The notes under the pieces are model-generated. The model saw only the letters and a list, made by a program, of their open reading frames with translations, was not told the origin of the DNA and searched no databases. A program made the position numbers and the translations under genes. A stretch of DNA of 63,395 bases, counting the filler, from Collodictyon triciliatum (lineage: Eukaryota), in assembly GCA_043381765.1 (NCBI GenBank). It is 11 parts of 11 records of this genome, joined end to end, with 100 filler letters (N's around TTAATTAATTAA, not from the genome) between each part and the next. Parts side by side here need not be neighbours in the genome. Positions count along the whole stretch, not along the records: positions 11,751 to 17,523 come from JBHJMP010004947.1; positions 17,624 to 23,400 come from JBHJMP010004948.1; positions 23,501 to 31,927 come from JBHJMP010004949.1; 8 more parts are not named here. One strand, written 5' to 3'. Positions 12,091 through 25,781 of this stretch are shown one piece after another (positions within the stretch are counted from its first letter, which is position 1; each line of letters starts with the position of its first letter).

Positions 12091-13228
12091 GTCAAAACGA
12101 AGGCTTCTTGAAGAGACACAAACACTTGAAAGAAACGGATGTGCCTTTTCTGGATGCGTCATGCACCACAGTTGTCTACGACATATAGTGACGTATTGAA
12201 TGGATTCATATTATGTGGAATTTATAATATTATAACACATAATNNNNNNNNNNNNNNNNNNNNNNNNNNNNNNNNNNNNNNNNNNNNNNNNNNNNNNNNN
12301 NNNNNNNNNNNNNNNNNNNNNNNNNNNNNNNNNNNNNNNNNNNNNNNNNNNNNNNNNNNNNNNNNNNNNNNNNNNNNNNNNNNNNNNNNNNNNNNNNNNN
12401 NNNNNNNNNNNNNNNNNNNNNNNNNNNNNNNNNNNNNNNNNNNNNNNNNNNNNNNNNNNNNNNNNNNNNNNNNNNNNNNNNNNNNNNNNNNNNNNNNNNN
12501 NNNNNNNNNNNNNNNNNNNNNNNNNNNNNNNNNNNNNNNNNNNNNNNNNNNNNNNNNNNNNNNNNNNNNNNNNNNNNNNNNNNNNNNNNNNNNNNNNNNN
12601 NNNNNNNNNNNNNNNNNNNNNNNNNNNNNNNNNNNNNNNNNNNNNNNNNNNNNNNNNNNNNNNNNNNNNNNNNNNNNNNNNNNNNNNNNNNNNNNNNNNN
12701 NNNNNNNNNNNNNNNNNTTATTATTATTCCTTTCGATTTAATCATAACGAAGGTTTTGGCTTTGATTCACTAGCCATCTTTTGCATAAGGGCTATTTGTT
12801 GGTCGGGCGGCAGAGATATAGTCAATAATCAGGAGTTGCGTCCTGCGTTTTGGCATGCAGCCTGGGTCGTCTGCAGGGAATCATCATATCAAATTCACAG
12901 ATATTGACAGATTCAAACATCAGTATACTTATTTATTTTTAAAAAAATTACATGCGCTTATTGAATATTTAATAAAAATAAAAGTAAAAAAAAAATTCCC
13001 CCTCGGTTCTGCACAAAAGTTGAAAGGAAGAATAAAAAAAAAAAAAAGTAAAAAATTAAATGTTAACACTGCGAGGTATTTGACAACGGAAAGAACGGGG
13101 TTAAGGCTGTTGTTATAGGGTTTAATCAGCAGAGTAATTTCATCGGTCGACACGGTGGATTCTATTTCTTTCCCGCTTATTCGAGTCAGGGGAAGAAGGG
13201 TTTTAGATTCGTATACAGCCCGACGTAA
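12091..13228 (+). CDS. Putative exons of a hypothetical protein, interrupted by a gap
   Basis: Short GC-richer open segments after AG sites, for example VFDNGKNGVKAVVIGFNQQSNFIGRHGGFYFFPAY...*; no domain recognised. Confidence 0.3.
12998..13044 (+). mobile_element. Family A micro-insertion
   Basis: TTCTGCACAAAAGTTGAAAGGAAGAATA(n), flanked on both sides by AAAAGTAAAAAA..TT. Confidence 0.75.
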
Positions 13229-14139
13229 TCTTAGGAGTCCATAAGTTGATAACGCAAGAATAGTTAGAAAAATATATAATTGAACTTGATGGAAAAAAAT
13301 CATATGGCTCAAAAAATATTAGGTTGTTATATGGCATAATTCGAACGATTCTGTATATTCTCATTTATTTTTAAATCACAAAAAAGATACAGCGATTAAA
13401 TGTAAATATGCTACAAGAGAGCCAGAGACTATTTTGAATAATTCCACTATCTTCCCCACTGAAAGCTGCAATCGCTACTTTGTCGCCTCTTTAGAATGAG
13501 CTAGATATTAAAAATTCAGGGAGACCTCATTACTTCAATCCGCTCATCTTACCTAAGGTTGATGCAAAAGTAAGCTGAACAAAATTAGTGATAATTTTCT
13601 CTTTTCAAAGTACTTTTTGGAGAATATTATATGGTGTATCTGTGTCTCAACACACAAAAGAAACATTCTCTGCAGACGGCTTGACTGTCTCTTGGTTTCT
13701 TAATTGCTGCTTTTTCCTGGCGTCTATCCAAAATCAATAATTTAATAAAATGAGAACGGTAGGTAAAAAGAAAGAGAAAGAAAAGGCGATAGAAAGTTAA
13801 GTGACTATTTTGTTCGGTTCAAGGGGAGCGGGGTTTCACTTACAATCCTATATGCCTGTTGTGTCTTTGGTACATGGTAATGACGCAAGTTAGATTTAGT
13901 TGCCTGTCGTCTCGGTACAGGAACTGAATTCGGGATTCACTTACATGCACCCAGTAGATGCCAAGGATGTTAACATCTCACATAGGACTGCAACTACCAA
14001 CAACCCAGACTTAAATACAATCTAACGTCGAATTTTCACTTGGAGGTGTAAGACATGCCCAAAAAATTAATAATATGAAAACCATAGGATCTAGTATTCA
14101 TAAAGACATAAAAGTTCAACAATATAATAGTATGATTCG

Positions 14140-15147
14140 ATCCGGATATCCGCAAACACAACTGAATACAACGAGAGCAATGCTGCTCTCACGGAGGGTC
14201 CTCCCTCCACCCATTAACAACAGACCATGCGTTTCGGCGTTCTGTCATGGAACGGTAGGGGGTTAACGACCCCCACAGGTGGAGAGAGGTTGACAAGGCA
14301 GCTCTTTTCACCCACGCGGATATCATCTGTCTTCAAGAGACGTGGCAGAGCCCTGAGACCCAATCTACTGAATTCGAGTGGAAGGGCCCTCAGCTATGGC
14401 CACCATCATTATCACCATCACAACACAAACATGCCGGCGTAGCAATCCTGTGTAAAAGGTGGATTGCTAAGCTAAAGCCCATCTTCAAAGTCATTATTCC
14501 CGGTCGCGCCATAAGCATGGATATACNNNNNNNNNNNNNNNNNNNNNNNNNNNNNNNNNNNNNNNNNNNNNNNNNNNNNNNNNNNNNNNNNNNNNNNNNN
14601 NNNNNNNNNNNNNNNNNNNNNNNNNNNNNNNNNNNNNNNNNNNNNNNNNNNNNNNNNNNNNNNNNNNNNNNNNNNNNNNNNNNNNNNNNNNNNNNNNNNN
14701 NNNNNNNNNNNNNNNNNNNNNNNNNNNNNNNNNNNNNNNNNNNNNNNNNNNNNNNNNNNNNNNNNNNNNNNNNNNNNNNNNNNNNNNNNNNNNNNNNNNN
14801 NNNNNNNNNNNNNNNNNNNNNNNNNNNNNNNGAGCAGAATCGACCGGTTCCTGTGCAATACCGAGACGTCGCCATGGTTCAAATGGATGCACACATTCGA
14901 TACGAACCTATCGGACCACAGTGCTATAGTGTCGTTCATAGACACAGCTGGAGGAAAGCCAGCACCTCCGAAGCGTATCGATTGGAGAGCATACAACGAC
15001 CTGGAAGCTGTAGAAGAAATCAGTCACAGCCTGAGGTTTCACTTCAACACGCCTGAGGATGAACCGATAGACGCCGACTGGAAGGCTGTCAAAGAGAAGC
15101 TCATCTTCTTGCTCAACGAGAAATCCAGCGGATTCAAGAAAAAAAAG
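14140..15147 (+). mobile_element. Degenerate L1/Tx1-like LINE fragment: putative ORF1 end plus the ORF2 APE endonuclease domain
   Basis: ATG 14227 gives FGVLSWNGRGL; after two frameshifts ADIICLQETW, AGVAILCK and GRAISMDI; after the gap SRIDRFL...NLSDHSAIV. These are APE/EEP endonuclease motifs; no RT domain follows. Confidence 0.88.
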
Positions 15148-15530
15148 CAACGCAGAGAGGGAACTCGAAAAAAGAGTCTTATCATTCCCGCAGCCCAAAC
15201 CCCAATAAAATATGGGTTGGTGGGTTTCTTTCTCGCGCATTCATCCCCAACTGGTGATTTTGATGCAACAATTGTGGAATTTATCGAAGCGCATAGAAGC
15301 CGCGAGGAATCAGTCGTGCGGCGATCTGTGGTGGCAGGAGCCGTGGAATCAAGGAACACTGCGCTGCGTCCTCAGACCCGCTAAACGCACGCATGACAAT
15401 TATTCCATGTAGAAGACGACGGTCGATCACCATTATTTTATTATTCTAAAAAAAAAGTCTTTCTCTTATCTTATCATTTACTGTCGCTAATCCTGTCTGC
15501 TATTGTGCGTAGTTTTTGTAGGCGTCCAGT

Positions 15531-17303
15531 ATGTGGCTGATCGGCGGTAAGAAGGAAAAGGTTTGCCCAAAGAATCTACTCCCTCAAGAGTTATTGTTTT
15601 GGCTGCTCTGTCAGGCATCCTTTTTTTTTTTTCTTCACCTTATCCATATTCCTAAGCTATGTGGTGCTACTTAAAAATAGTCTGATTATCTGCAAGAACT
15701 ATGAAGAAAAGATCTCTCTTGTTGCTCGGTTATTTGTTTTTATTCGATTTCTTTACCCTAAGGCTATATTCTGTTTCGCTTATTTATAACGCATCAATAA
15801 ATAATTTACCATTTAGAAAGAAGCACAAAAGACTTCGATCCCAAAGAACCTTCCCCCAGGCGTCGATCCTTCTTTGTTTGAAGACCAGGACTTGGACGAC
15901 GAGGAAGCTGCTACCGAGCATGGTACCTGCCACGAACTATACCACAGAAGCAACAACATTTTCTTCCTCCATTCATCTCCGTATATACTCATTTATAAAA
16001 AAAAAAACCCAATAATTAAATTATTAATAATGGCGGCTCTAGTTGTGAAAGCAGAGAAGATGGCAAAGGAATCGAAAGGGTTCTTGGTGGATGATGTACC
16101 TTTATACCAACATATCATGTCCTCATATTCTATGATATGTAAATAAAAAATCCGTCATACGAGTTAGTATTTTTTTGGCATATTAAACTACTTCATACAT
16201 GCTAAACCTTCTTGAAAAATATTTTGAAGGTCGATGATGTGACACTTACAGAAGAGGATGAAAACGACCCTGAGCTCATTAGAGCCCTTATCGAATCTGG
16301 ACATGAGCCTACTCCACGAGAGCTCGAAATACTGCGAAAAGCCTCNNNNNNNNNNNNNNNNNNNNNNNNNNNNNNNNNNNNNNNNNNNNNNNNNNNNNNN
16401 NNNNNNNNNNNNNNNNNNNNNNNNNNNNNNNNNNNNNNNNNNNNNNNNNNNNNNNNNNNNNNNNNNNNNNNNNNNNNNNNNNNNNNNNNNNNNNNNNNNN
16501 NNNNNNNNNNNNNNNNNNNNNNNNNNNNNNNNNNNNNNNNNNNNNNNNNNNNNNNNNNNNNNNNNNNNNNNNNNNNNNNNNNNNNNNNNNNNNNNNNNNN
16601 NNNNNNNNNNNNNNNNNNNNNNNNNNNNNNNNNNNNNNNNNNNNNNNNNNNNNNNNNNNNNNNNNNNNNNNNNNNNNNNNNNNNNNNNNNNNNNNNNNNN
16701 NNNNNNNNNNNNNNNCCGGTGGAGCCAGCCGTATCCTTAGATGAAAGAATAAGTGCAATGAAGGTTTCTGTCCGTACATTCTAGAGAATTGATGAGTTTT
16801 TTTTTTTTTTGAAAAATAGCATTTAAATGGGAAAATAATAGAAACAAGCTGTTGAACTAAATCGTGCTGGAGATAAGGCAGGAGCTCTTGAGATTATGAA
16901 ACAAATGAAGGCACTAGAAAGTATGATATTTTTATCTTGTACTCGATTTTTATTATTGATGCGCATACATGCATTCGCATATGACCTCTCTTAGCTTCTT
17001 TCATGACTAGATTGCGATTGTTGAATCAGGGAGCTAATTATTCGTAATTATCATTATAATCGGGCATAGCTGCTACGCAAGCTTCCCTATCAAATCCTAG
17101 ACAATCTGTTCCAAATCAGCCAGCGGTGGTGAATCAGAACCCAATTTCTGTTCAAAATGCTGCATCGAAATCCGTGTCACAGACTGCACCTCAAGCCCCT
17201 AAGAAAGATGATGAATCGATTACTCTCGCTCGGAAATATATCGAAGATCTTAAAAGGAAGGGAACTGATGCACTTAAGGTCAGAAATATAGTCATGAATA
17301 TTA

Positions 17304-17400
<97 letters not shown>

Positions 17401-17523
17401 TACTGATTCCTTTCGTCTTACCTCTGGATAAAAGTATAATTTATTTCACATTAATATCTACTTATGTTAAACCTGGACTTTAGGCAAACGACAAGGAGGC
17501 GGCTAAAGCCTGCATTGCAAAAA
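15531..17523 (+). CDS. CC2D1/Lgd-like DM14-repeat protein, 5' part
   Basis: Spliced exons: VDDVTLTEEDENDPELIRAL; SLDERISAMK/KQAVELNRAGDKAGALEIMKQMKALE; YIEDLKRKGTDALK/ANDKEAAKACIAK (DM14-like helical repeats). Confidence 0.7.
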
Positions 17524-17700
17524 NNNNNNNNNNNNNNNNNNNNNNNNNNNNNNNNNNNNNNNNNNNNTTAATTAATTAANNNNNNNNNNNNNNNNNNNNN
17601 NNNNNNNNNNNNNNNNNNNNNNNTTTTTTTCTTCTTTTTTTCTTCTTTTTTTCTTCTTTTTTTCTTCTTTTTTTCTTCTTTTTTTCTTCTTTTTTCTTCT

Positions 17701-20700
17701 GGCCTCCCGAGATATGGAGCATAGTCCACATCAGAAAACGCTGTTGAGTGGAGTAGACCGCAGGTTGGATTTACACCAAAAAAAAAATCCAATTATTTTG
17801 ATCGCTCTCTTCAGGTCCGAAGAAACATCACGCGCCCCAACCCTGAAGCTTCAACGATTTATTTTACTTTACTCACTTCGCCCACCCAGGAAAAAAAAAA
17901 CACTTCACCAAACTGTCTCGTTATTAATTCCGAGTGTGTTGGTGCGCCATTTGTTCCGTCTCTTTCTGATGTGATTTCTTGCATCACGTGACAAAGTTGA
18001 CAAGCCTGTTAGCGCGCCAAAGTCCAAAACTACCGAAGCAGCAAACTTCAAACACATCGTTCTTCGAATCGAATCAAATCAAATCAATTCAAGGGAATAA
18101 AGAACTTCAACGGTCTTGTCAATGTCCAATTATACCCAAAGGAGGAATTCATTACCAAAAAAATCTTTTACATGTTAGATTTACATTTCTGGATTTTAAT
18201 TATATATATCAATTTTACAAATAAGTGGCATTAATATTATCACGCTAGATAATAATGCATGATTTAATTTTTAATTTTTTTCTTTTGGTCAATCCAAAGT
18301 CTATATATCCGGTATCATAAGAATAGTGTGAATTGTGGGATTGTTAGAATATTTCACCAACGACCCGGTATTTGATTTCAATGTCCATTTTCCTATATTT
18401 CAATCATTCACTCCAAATATTTTCCATCATATACCCAATCAGGAGGCCGATTCNNNNNNNNNNNNNNNNNNNNNNNNNNNNNNNNNNNNNNNNNNNNNNN
18501 NNNNNNNNNNNNNNNNNNNNNNNNNNNNNNNNNNNNNNNNNNNNNNNNNNNNNNNNNNNNNNNNNNNNNNNNNNNNNNNNNNNNNNNNNNNNNNNNNNNN
18601 NNNNNNNNNNNNNNNNNNNNNNNNNNNNNNNNNNNNNNNNNNNNNNNNNNNNNNNNNNNNNNNNNNNNNNNNNNNNNNNNNNNNNNNNNNNNNNNNNNNN
18701 NNNNNNNNNNNNNNNNNNNNNNNNNNNNNNNNNNNNNNNNNNNNNNNNNNNNNNNNNNNNNNNNNNNNNNNNNNNNNNNNNNNNNNNNNNNNNNNNNNNN
18801 NNNNNNNNNNNNNNNNNNNNNNNNNNNNNNNNNNNNNNNNNNNNNNNNNNNNNNNNNNNNNNNNNNNNNNNTGATGTTTTCAGGTTTCCACCAATGAATG
18901 CGGACATTCTGGTCATCGAAAACAACCGCGTTTCGCCTGCTTCAAACCAAACCAGAGACTCCCGCTCAAAGCCGCTCACTCCAAACAGTGGCGATCGGTC
19001 TTCCTCGCACAACACAGCAGGAAAAAATGTGTCTACAATGAAAGTACGACAGTCTATGGAACGGAAAGGAATACACATATATATTTATTTAATGTATTCT
19101 CCTCTGCAGACAGGGTGGGGAAGGGAGTCTGTGCTTTTTCTTTTCATGAAAGAATTCTAAAAGGAAAAAGGGAGGAAAAGCAGTCCTTTTAGTGTCTTGT
19201 CCCTCTCCTTCCTCTCATCATCTGTGTTATAATTAATTCCTCAAGCGTGCTAAATGGAACATGCCATATTCTAGTCAAACCCATTCTATGGCCAGTACTG
19301 CTTTGCAGGAGAGGCGGTCAGTGATGTCGCGAAGGAGTATTTCTGGTAAAGGCCCTATTCTTGCGTGCACACTTATACATAATATACTTAATATTATTTA
19401 TTTATTTATTCCGGATTCATAGATCATTGGTATATTTTCATTAACACAGGCCACACAAGACAAAGCCTAGTATCTTGCAAAGTATGCAAGGCAGTGCACC
19501 AGTCCCGTTTTTACCTCCGATCAAATCACAGTCACAAATCGTAAGTCTTCGATATTAGTCTAGCAACCTGTATCATTTCCTCTGAATATATCTAAACCAT
19601 CAGGCAAATATTTCGAAAACAAAGAAAAATGAAAACAAAGACAAAAGAGAAATAAAAAACTAGCTTGTCTTGTGATATTTTATTTCACAAAAGGATGATA
19701 TGGGGTGTGGCAAAATCTTTTTGGATCGAGGCAGTAGCTATTGATTGATTTCTTCTACATTTGCTTACGATTTAACGATAAAATATTTGGCTTTTTTTTT
19801 TTAGTCAGGGGAGGATAATGAACAGCACCCAAAGGTTGAATTCCAAGATATGGAGCAACATCAAACGCAGAAGAATCATGTAGCACACAGAAAGGCGAAT
19901 CCACACGAACCGAAAGAGAGCATTCGCAAAAGCAAGATTTATTCAAATACGAACAGTCAACTGCAATCAACCCTTTCCAGACATTTTTATATAAACAAGG
20001 TTTAACCATTATCATTTTGCAATTACTTAGTTCAGGATGAGGTGGCCCACAAGGTCAACCAGGAAATCTTGCGCGATGAAGTAGAGAATCGACAGAGAAT
20101 ATTGTCAAGGAAGGAGAAAATCAATGAGGGATTTTGGAAGATTAAAGAGGCCAGAGACAGCGTAATTCATTTTGTTTTGTAAACCACACCAAGTTCAATT
20201 CATGAATCAGTGAGAATTATAAGGACATGCAATTTAAATCTATTTATCAACACGGACAGCTGACACAGATATCCAGATCTGCGATGCCTTCGTATGTCAT
20301 TCAACATCTAATAGTATCATGATATATTTTAACTCTTTGTGCATTACATGTTTCTTTGTATTGCATAACCAGCCTAAGAAATATCGCCATAGTATGGAAA
20401 GTACTATAGCTGAAAGGACACATCCTTACCACAAAGCTGGAAGTATCGAGGCTATGGTAACCTCATCCACTCAAGGCCGACATAGCTATATACAGAGTCA
20501 TCCGAAATCACACCAAAATATGCGTTCATCGCTTTCGTTTGACCATGGTGAAGGACGTCTTGAAGACAGACCAAAAGCGATACAATCTCCCCTCAACCCA
20601 AGCAAACCAAACATGGACGAACCTTTCATGACAAAAGGTGTTTCCCCGAAGGAGCGCAAGAGAAACTCATACAACGAAGTGATGTTTTTTGACTCGTGTG

Positions 20701-20795
20701 AATACTTGGATACTCCCGAGGCGGATGCAACTGCAGACCGCTCTGGGAGACTGCGTATGGCCCATCGCAATCTATCCTTTCATTTGGATGACTGA
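17701..20795 (+). CDS. Multi-exon low-complexity hypothetical protein, 3' part
   Basis: Several AG..GT-bounded open segments (for example about 18884-19043 and 20031-20161; terminal exon 20373-20795); exon phases not all resolved. Confidence 0.45.
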
Positions 20796-21137
20796 TTCCC
20801 TTGTCGCAATCACAAACCGGGCACGACCTCAAAGTTGCTAATCCCTTTTTCCCCGTGTGTTTCGGGTACTACCTTCCTTTCTTTGTGTACCTTTTTTTTA
20901 TATACAGTATGATGCTTACACCCCTCGCCACACCGTTCACCAGATGTCTAACCAATGGCCCTCGATAAATGAGTGGACATCTTCATCCTTCATAGCTGAG
21001 CGACTATACATTATATAGTACACCCAAAAGCTTGAGCAGAGACGTCCAGACAAATATATCTCAGATTGTGGGATATATTGAGCTGAAGCAGTTGGTTGTC
21101 TGGATAATATATTATATTCCAGCAATATCAGGGTTTA

Positions 21138-22877
21138 TCAGCATGCGGATGACATCACACAAAGTGAGCGTTCCTTCGATAGGAAAATGAAAAGCGTGGC
21201 AGTTGTGAGAGCAAGGGCGTTCAGCACGAGAAAATGGAAGAAAGCAAGGCCTTGCACCGATGGGCGCGCAATGAACAAGAGAACAAATACAAACAAACCC
21301 AGCACTCTCGATATCAAGACAGTAGTTTCATGTCCCGAAAGGATGGCTTTTTGGACTGGGCTCGATATACCAGCAAACAGCAGAACAATCAAAGGGTTTG
21401 GATTCGCGCAGACAGCGGCTGAAAGGACAGCCAAAGCTAGCAAGACGTACCGGATGCGATTTGTTGAAAGGTGCCAGTTTTGAAAATAGCCGTCGAGAAC
21501 CGTGTTTAGTCCGATGACAATGGTCACAATCGCGGGGTGAATGCCTGCAAAGACGAGATAAGCGAGCAAGAGAGGTGATGATGGAACAGACACGCCAACG
21601 CCATAGGCAGCAGCCAGAAGCCAAATCCATGCAGGATGATTGGAAACGAAAGGCTCAAAGTATTGTTTGGGCGCAGCATTTATATGAATCACACCGTTCG
21701 TATCCACGTCATTTTGCACAGAATCCAAACTGCGAAGTTTCCCAGACACTTTAACCGCTTGCAAGAAACAGAAAAAAGCGAGAAGACTTGCGGTATAGAA
21801 TAAAAATATACCATGCATATACAAAACAACTGACGAAACTACAGCCGCAATGGCAAGAATAAAGGGAACATGGATGCCCAAGAATGGTGTAGTACTTTCT
21901 TGTCGATAAGAAGCTCCATCCTTTGGCAGATTCGCCTGTCCCCAAGTTTTTAAAACCCAACCCATGCGGGCTTCGATTCGAATTAGCAAAACACCAATAA
22001 ACAGCGACACCCACAAGAGATTGAATGAGCCCGAGTGCTTATGTCTAGAATCTGAGATTGCATTAGAATCGCCAACATTATCCAATTCTAGTGAGTGGAA
22101 AACCAGAGCGAGTCCAAGAGCCACGATACAGTCGCAAAAAAGGGTAATGAGCAGCCCACCTAAAAAGACTACACCAATATCGGTGAGTGATATGAGCCTC
22201 ATAAATAAATAAGTAAATCAATATCTTCAACTCTGAATCGAGTAGACGGAAAATAATTAATTGTATTCATTGACCCATACACGGAACAGCAAGATAGACT
22301 GGTAGGTATCGACGAAGCAGGTGCAGCGCAGATACTTGCCCAACACAGGCCAAAAGCTCCACGAAGCAGAAAGGAAGCATCGAGTGAATCCACACAGAGC
22401 CGAGAGCGAAGGGCAGAACTGACGGCCAGACGCATAGGTCCAGCTGCAGGTGGATAGTGGTCGGAATGAATGTTGTTGTGTTTCTATGACCCAATCCACC
22501 AAATAGCTTACCAAGAATAATGTAAGTGATGTAAGTGATGTAAGTGATGTAAGTGATGTAAGTGATGTAAGTGATGTAAGTGATGTAAGTGATGTAAGTG
22601 ATGTAAGTGATGTAAGTGATGTAATATACAAGATAAAAGAAACAAGTCTCGTTTGAGGTGGCCATACCCAACCATGAACATAGTCGCAAGCGCGTAGAGG
22701 CCAAAAGAGATCGGCTTCCTGCTGATCAGACCTGCAGTTCTTCTTACTGGTACCTTCCTCCGCACGGTTTGGCGTGTGATCAAAAAGGCTGCTGAAGACA
22801 AAGTTGCTCCACGGCCCGGTCTGCAGAGTCTGATGCACACAAAGCCGCCCAGGTTCGGAGGTTGGAAGCGACCGCAT
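21138..22877 (-). CDS. Multi-pass membrane protein of unknown family (probably 3 exons)
   Basis: 354-aa terminal ORF with many hydrophobic segments; upstream exons at about 22282-22507 and 22644-22877 can be joined in frame. Confidence 0.65.
22522..22620. repeat. (GTAAGTGAT)11 intronic minisatellite
   Basis: 11 perfect 9-bp units. Confidence 0.95.
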
Positions 22878-23500
22878 AATCCCCTTTTCTTGTTTCTTTG
22901 CTTGTTTGCTTGCTCGTTGCTTTCTTTCTTTTCTCTCTCTTCTCTGAACGGCCCTGTGTCTCGTTTGTTGCACACCGAGTGCGGGTATGTGGGTGTTTGT
23001 TTGGGGTTTATTTATGAGCCTAGTTCTTGTTCTTTTTTCCTTGTGCCTGTCCCTGGGGCGCTTTGCTTTGTTCCTTCTGTTGGGCGTTTTTTTTTTAATG
23101 CTTTGTTAAGCGGACTGGGTTTGGCTTGTGTTGTGTTGTGTTGTGTTGTGTTGTGTTGTGTTGTGTTGTGTTGTGTTGTGTTGTGTTTGTGTGTGCGAAG
23201 CGTACCTTTGGTGGGGTTTGCTGGGGCTGTTTGTTTGGGCCTTTGTTCGGGTTCGCGTTTTGGGCAGGACTTTGCTTCGGGTTCGGCGTTTGGGCCTGCG
23301 TTTGAATCGTGGGTAACAAGAAAAAAGAAAAAAAAAAGAAAAAAAAAAGAAAAAAAAGAAAAAAAAGAAAAAAAAGAAAAAAAAAAAAAAAAAGAAAAAA
23401 NNNNNNNNNNNNNNNNNNNNNNNNNNNNNNNNNNNNNNNNNNNNTTAATTAATTAANNNNNNNNNNNNNNNNNNNNNNNNNNNNNNNNNNNNNNNNNNNN

Positions 23501-23595
<95 letters not shown>

Positions 23596-23622
23596 TTGGT
23601 GTTAATTGCTTATATCCCGCAG

Positions 23623-24711
23623 CTTATTTGTCGGACTGCAAGGAAGCGGCAAAACGTCGATCATCAACAACCTACTCTACGAGGCCGTGCAGCCGCATCT
23701 AAGCGAAGACGTTGTGCGAGTGCGTCTGAGCGGCAGCGGAAATGCAAATGGGCAGGCCAGCAATGGCAATGGCAATAGCAATAGCAGTGGCTATGGAAAT
23801 AGTGCAACCTTCTCTGGAGAACACTTAGTTTTCCCCACGAAGCAGATTGTCCACCGAACGCTTCAGTCGCCAAGCGGGATGGAGTTTCGATTTATAGATA
23901 CGCCTGATGCCCTCAGGTATTGTGTGATTAGCATTGGACACATATTTGTTTTTCATCGGAGCTATGTACTAATCTATTGCGATTATCAACCAAAGCCATC
24001 GCGCCGAGTGGAGCAACTGGCTTGGAATGAGAGTCAACAGCGTCTTATTTGTCGTTGACTTCAGCGACGAACTTAAACTCCCTTTGGCTCGACAAGTGCT
24101 TCACGACATGGCTAGCAAAGGTAATCCATCATTTTGAGTATGGACGCACATAGTCACATGAAGAGCAGAAATCAGATCGTTCGCAGTTGATTGCGCAAGT
24201 TGTTAGGTTTGTAGTAAGCCGTGTCTAATCAATCCAACGCATCACTACAGCACACAAGGACACTCATTTTATCATCGTGGCCAGCCGTCAAGAAAAATAT
24301 CCCACCATAAACACTGTGGACGGTGTGCGTGAATATATGGAGACCGCACTCCTCCCAATTCCAAACTCCGTTGTTCTGGTTTCCACCAATCGCTCGTCGA
24401 TGATGTCAGACACATACGGCTGCTCCGCGCTTCTGAAGTGGATGATCACTGCGATGAAGCTTCAGGTCACCTTCGAGGGCGAGTCGGCCTCTCAAAAGAC
24501 TCCGTCGGTTGCTGTGGAGATGAAAAACAAAGAAAAACTTGTAAGATGGGCTTTATTTATTTATTTTTCAATATTTGTTTTGAGGAAAAAATATAGAAAA
24601 ATACCCGCATACGCGAACGTCACGGGAATGTCTCCTTGTCTTCCCTGGTTCCTCATCTCACTTTCCCTGTTATCACTGTAGAGATCAAAGACTCCAAAGT
24701 TGCGGTGGTAG
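23623..24711 (+). CDS. Atypical Arf/Arl-family small GTPase (5' end missing)
   Basis: Four exons: LFVGLQGSGKTSII (P-loop), FPT, FRFIDTPD, SVLFVVDFSD, FIIVASRQE, YGCSALLKWM. Confidence 0.75.
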
Positions 24712-25781
24712 CTGCATCTCATATGAAAAAAAAAAGAGGAGATATTTCGCCTTGAAAACTGGGCACACCGGAGTGTGTTTTCGCAAGAACCCAGCCAATC
24801 ACCCATGTATGAGATGCATCAGCTCTCCTGTTAAGATTGATGCGCTTAATCACATCTGAAACTGAGAGGAAAGGAGGGAATTCTTCTGAGACCTCTTCAT
24901 TCTTTATTCCTTTGGATGTTTGAACCAACCTATTTTTTCTCTGCGCAAACACCACACCTTTTTTTTTTTTTTTTCGTGCCGACACCTCCATCCCTCTGCT
25001 CCCACAATCTCCTGGATGTATTTTTTTTTTTTTTCGTTTATTGTGCGGATATTCTCTTTTCTGTATCTTATTCCATACATAATTGTAATAAACTGTACTC
25101 TTATGCTAGCCACACACCCCACCTTCACCTTCTCCCCTCATCGCAACCAGCCTCTCACAAAACGACGAAACAACCTCACGCATTCCACCAACCGCACCGC
25201 GCAATCTTGCAGATTAGCCAACGAGGCAAAGCAGCCACCGCTCCACCCTATTCCACAATAGTGCAGAAGTGCTTCAACGGCATCCACACAAGGCTCCATT
25301 CATTGAATAGTCTATGCCGCAACCACACAACACTCTTCGCTTTCCGATCAAAGACTGGCCTCCGCTTCTGCATCATTCACAACAGATAACAACAAGAACA
25401 ATCAACACGGAAAAAACAAGTGACATCATATAATACACATCAAATAATACACATCAAATAATATACATCTAATAATACACATCAAATAATACACGTCAAA
25501 TAATAGGAACAACACGCGTGTTTACAAAACAAAAAGACAACCAAACGACAAGAAGGTCAAAACCTAAAAAAAAAAAAAAATACCACGATCCTATGACAAG
25601 GACGCGAATTAATTGCGTTTCTCTCTCTCTCCCTCTCTCTCTCTCGTTCAACAGAAGTCTCAAACTTTCAGTCCCCAAACAACACGCCAGTCTCTTCCAC
25701 ATGACCTAATATATTTATCTCTCTCACTCTTCGTTTGTATGAACGTATATACGTATGCATATACATATGTCTGCTCCATAG

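Noticed and set aside
17306-17402. ORFs with poly-L/I/K/F, TYTY, CLFV and similar runs, and ORFs spanning N gaps
   Set aside because: Translations of intronic microsatellites and assembly gaps.
25431-25505. 14-bp tandem repeat, and the TSD pairs, as CRISPR-like arrays
   Set aside because: No unique spacers between a constant repeat, no cas genes, and a eukaryotic context.
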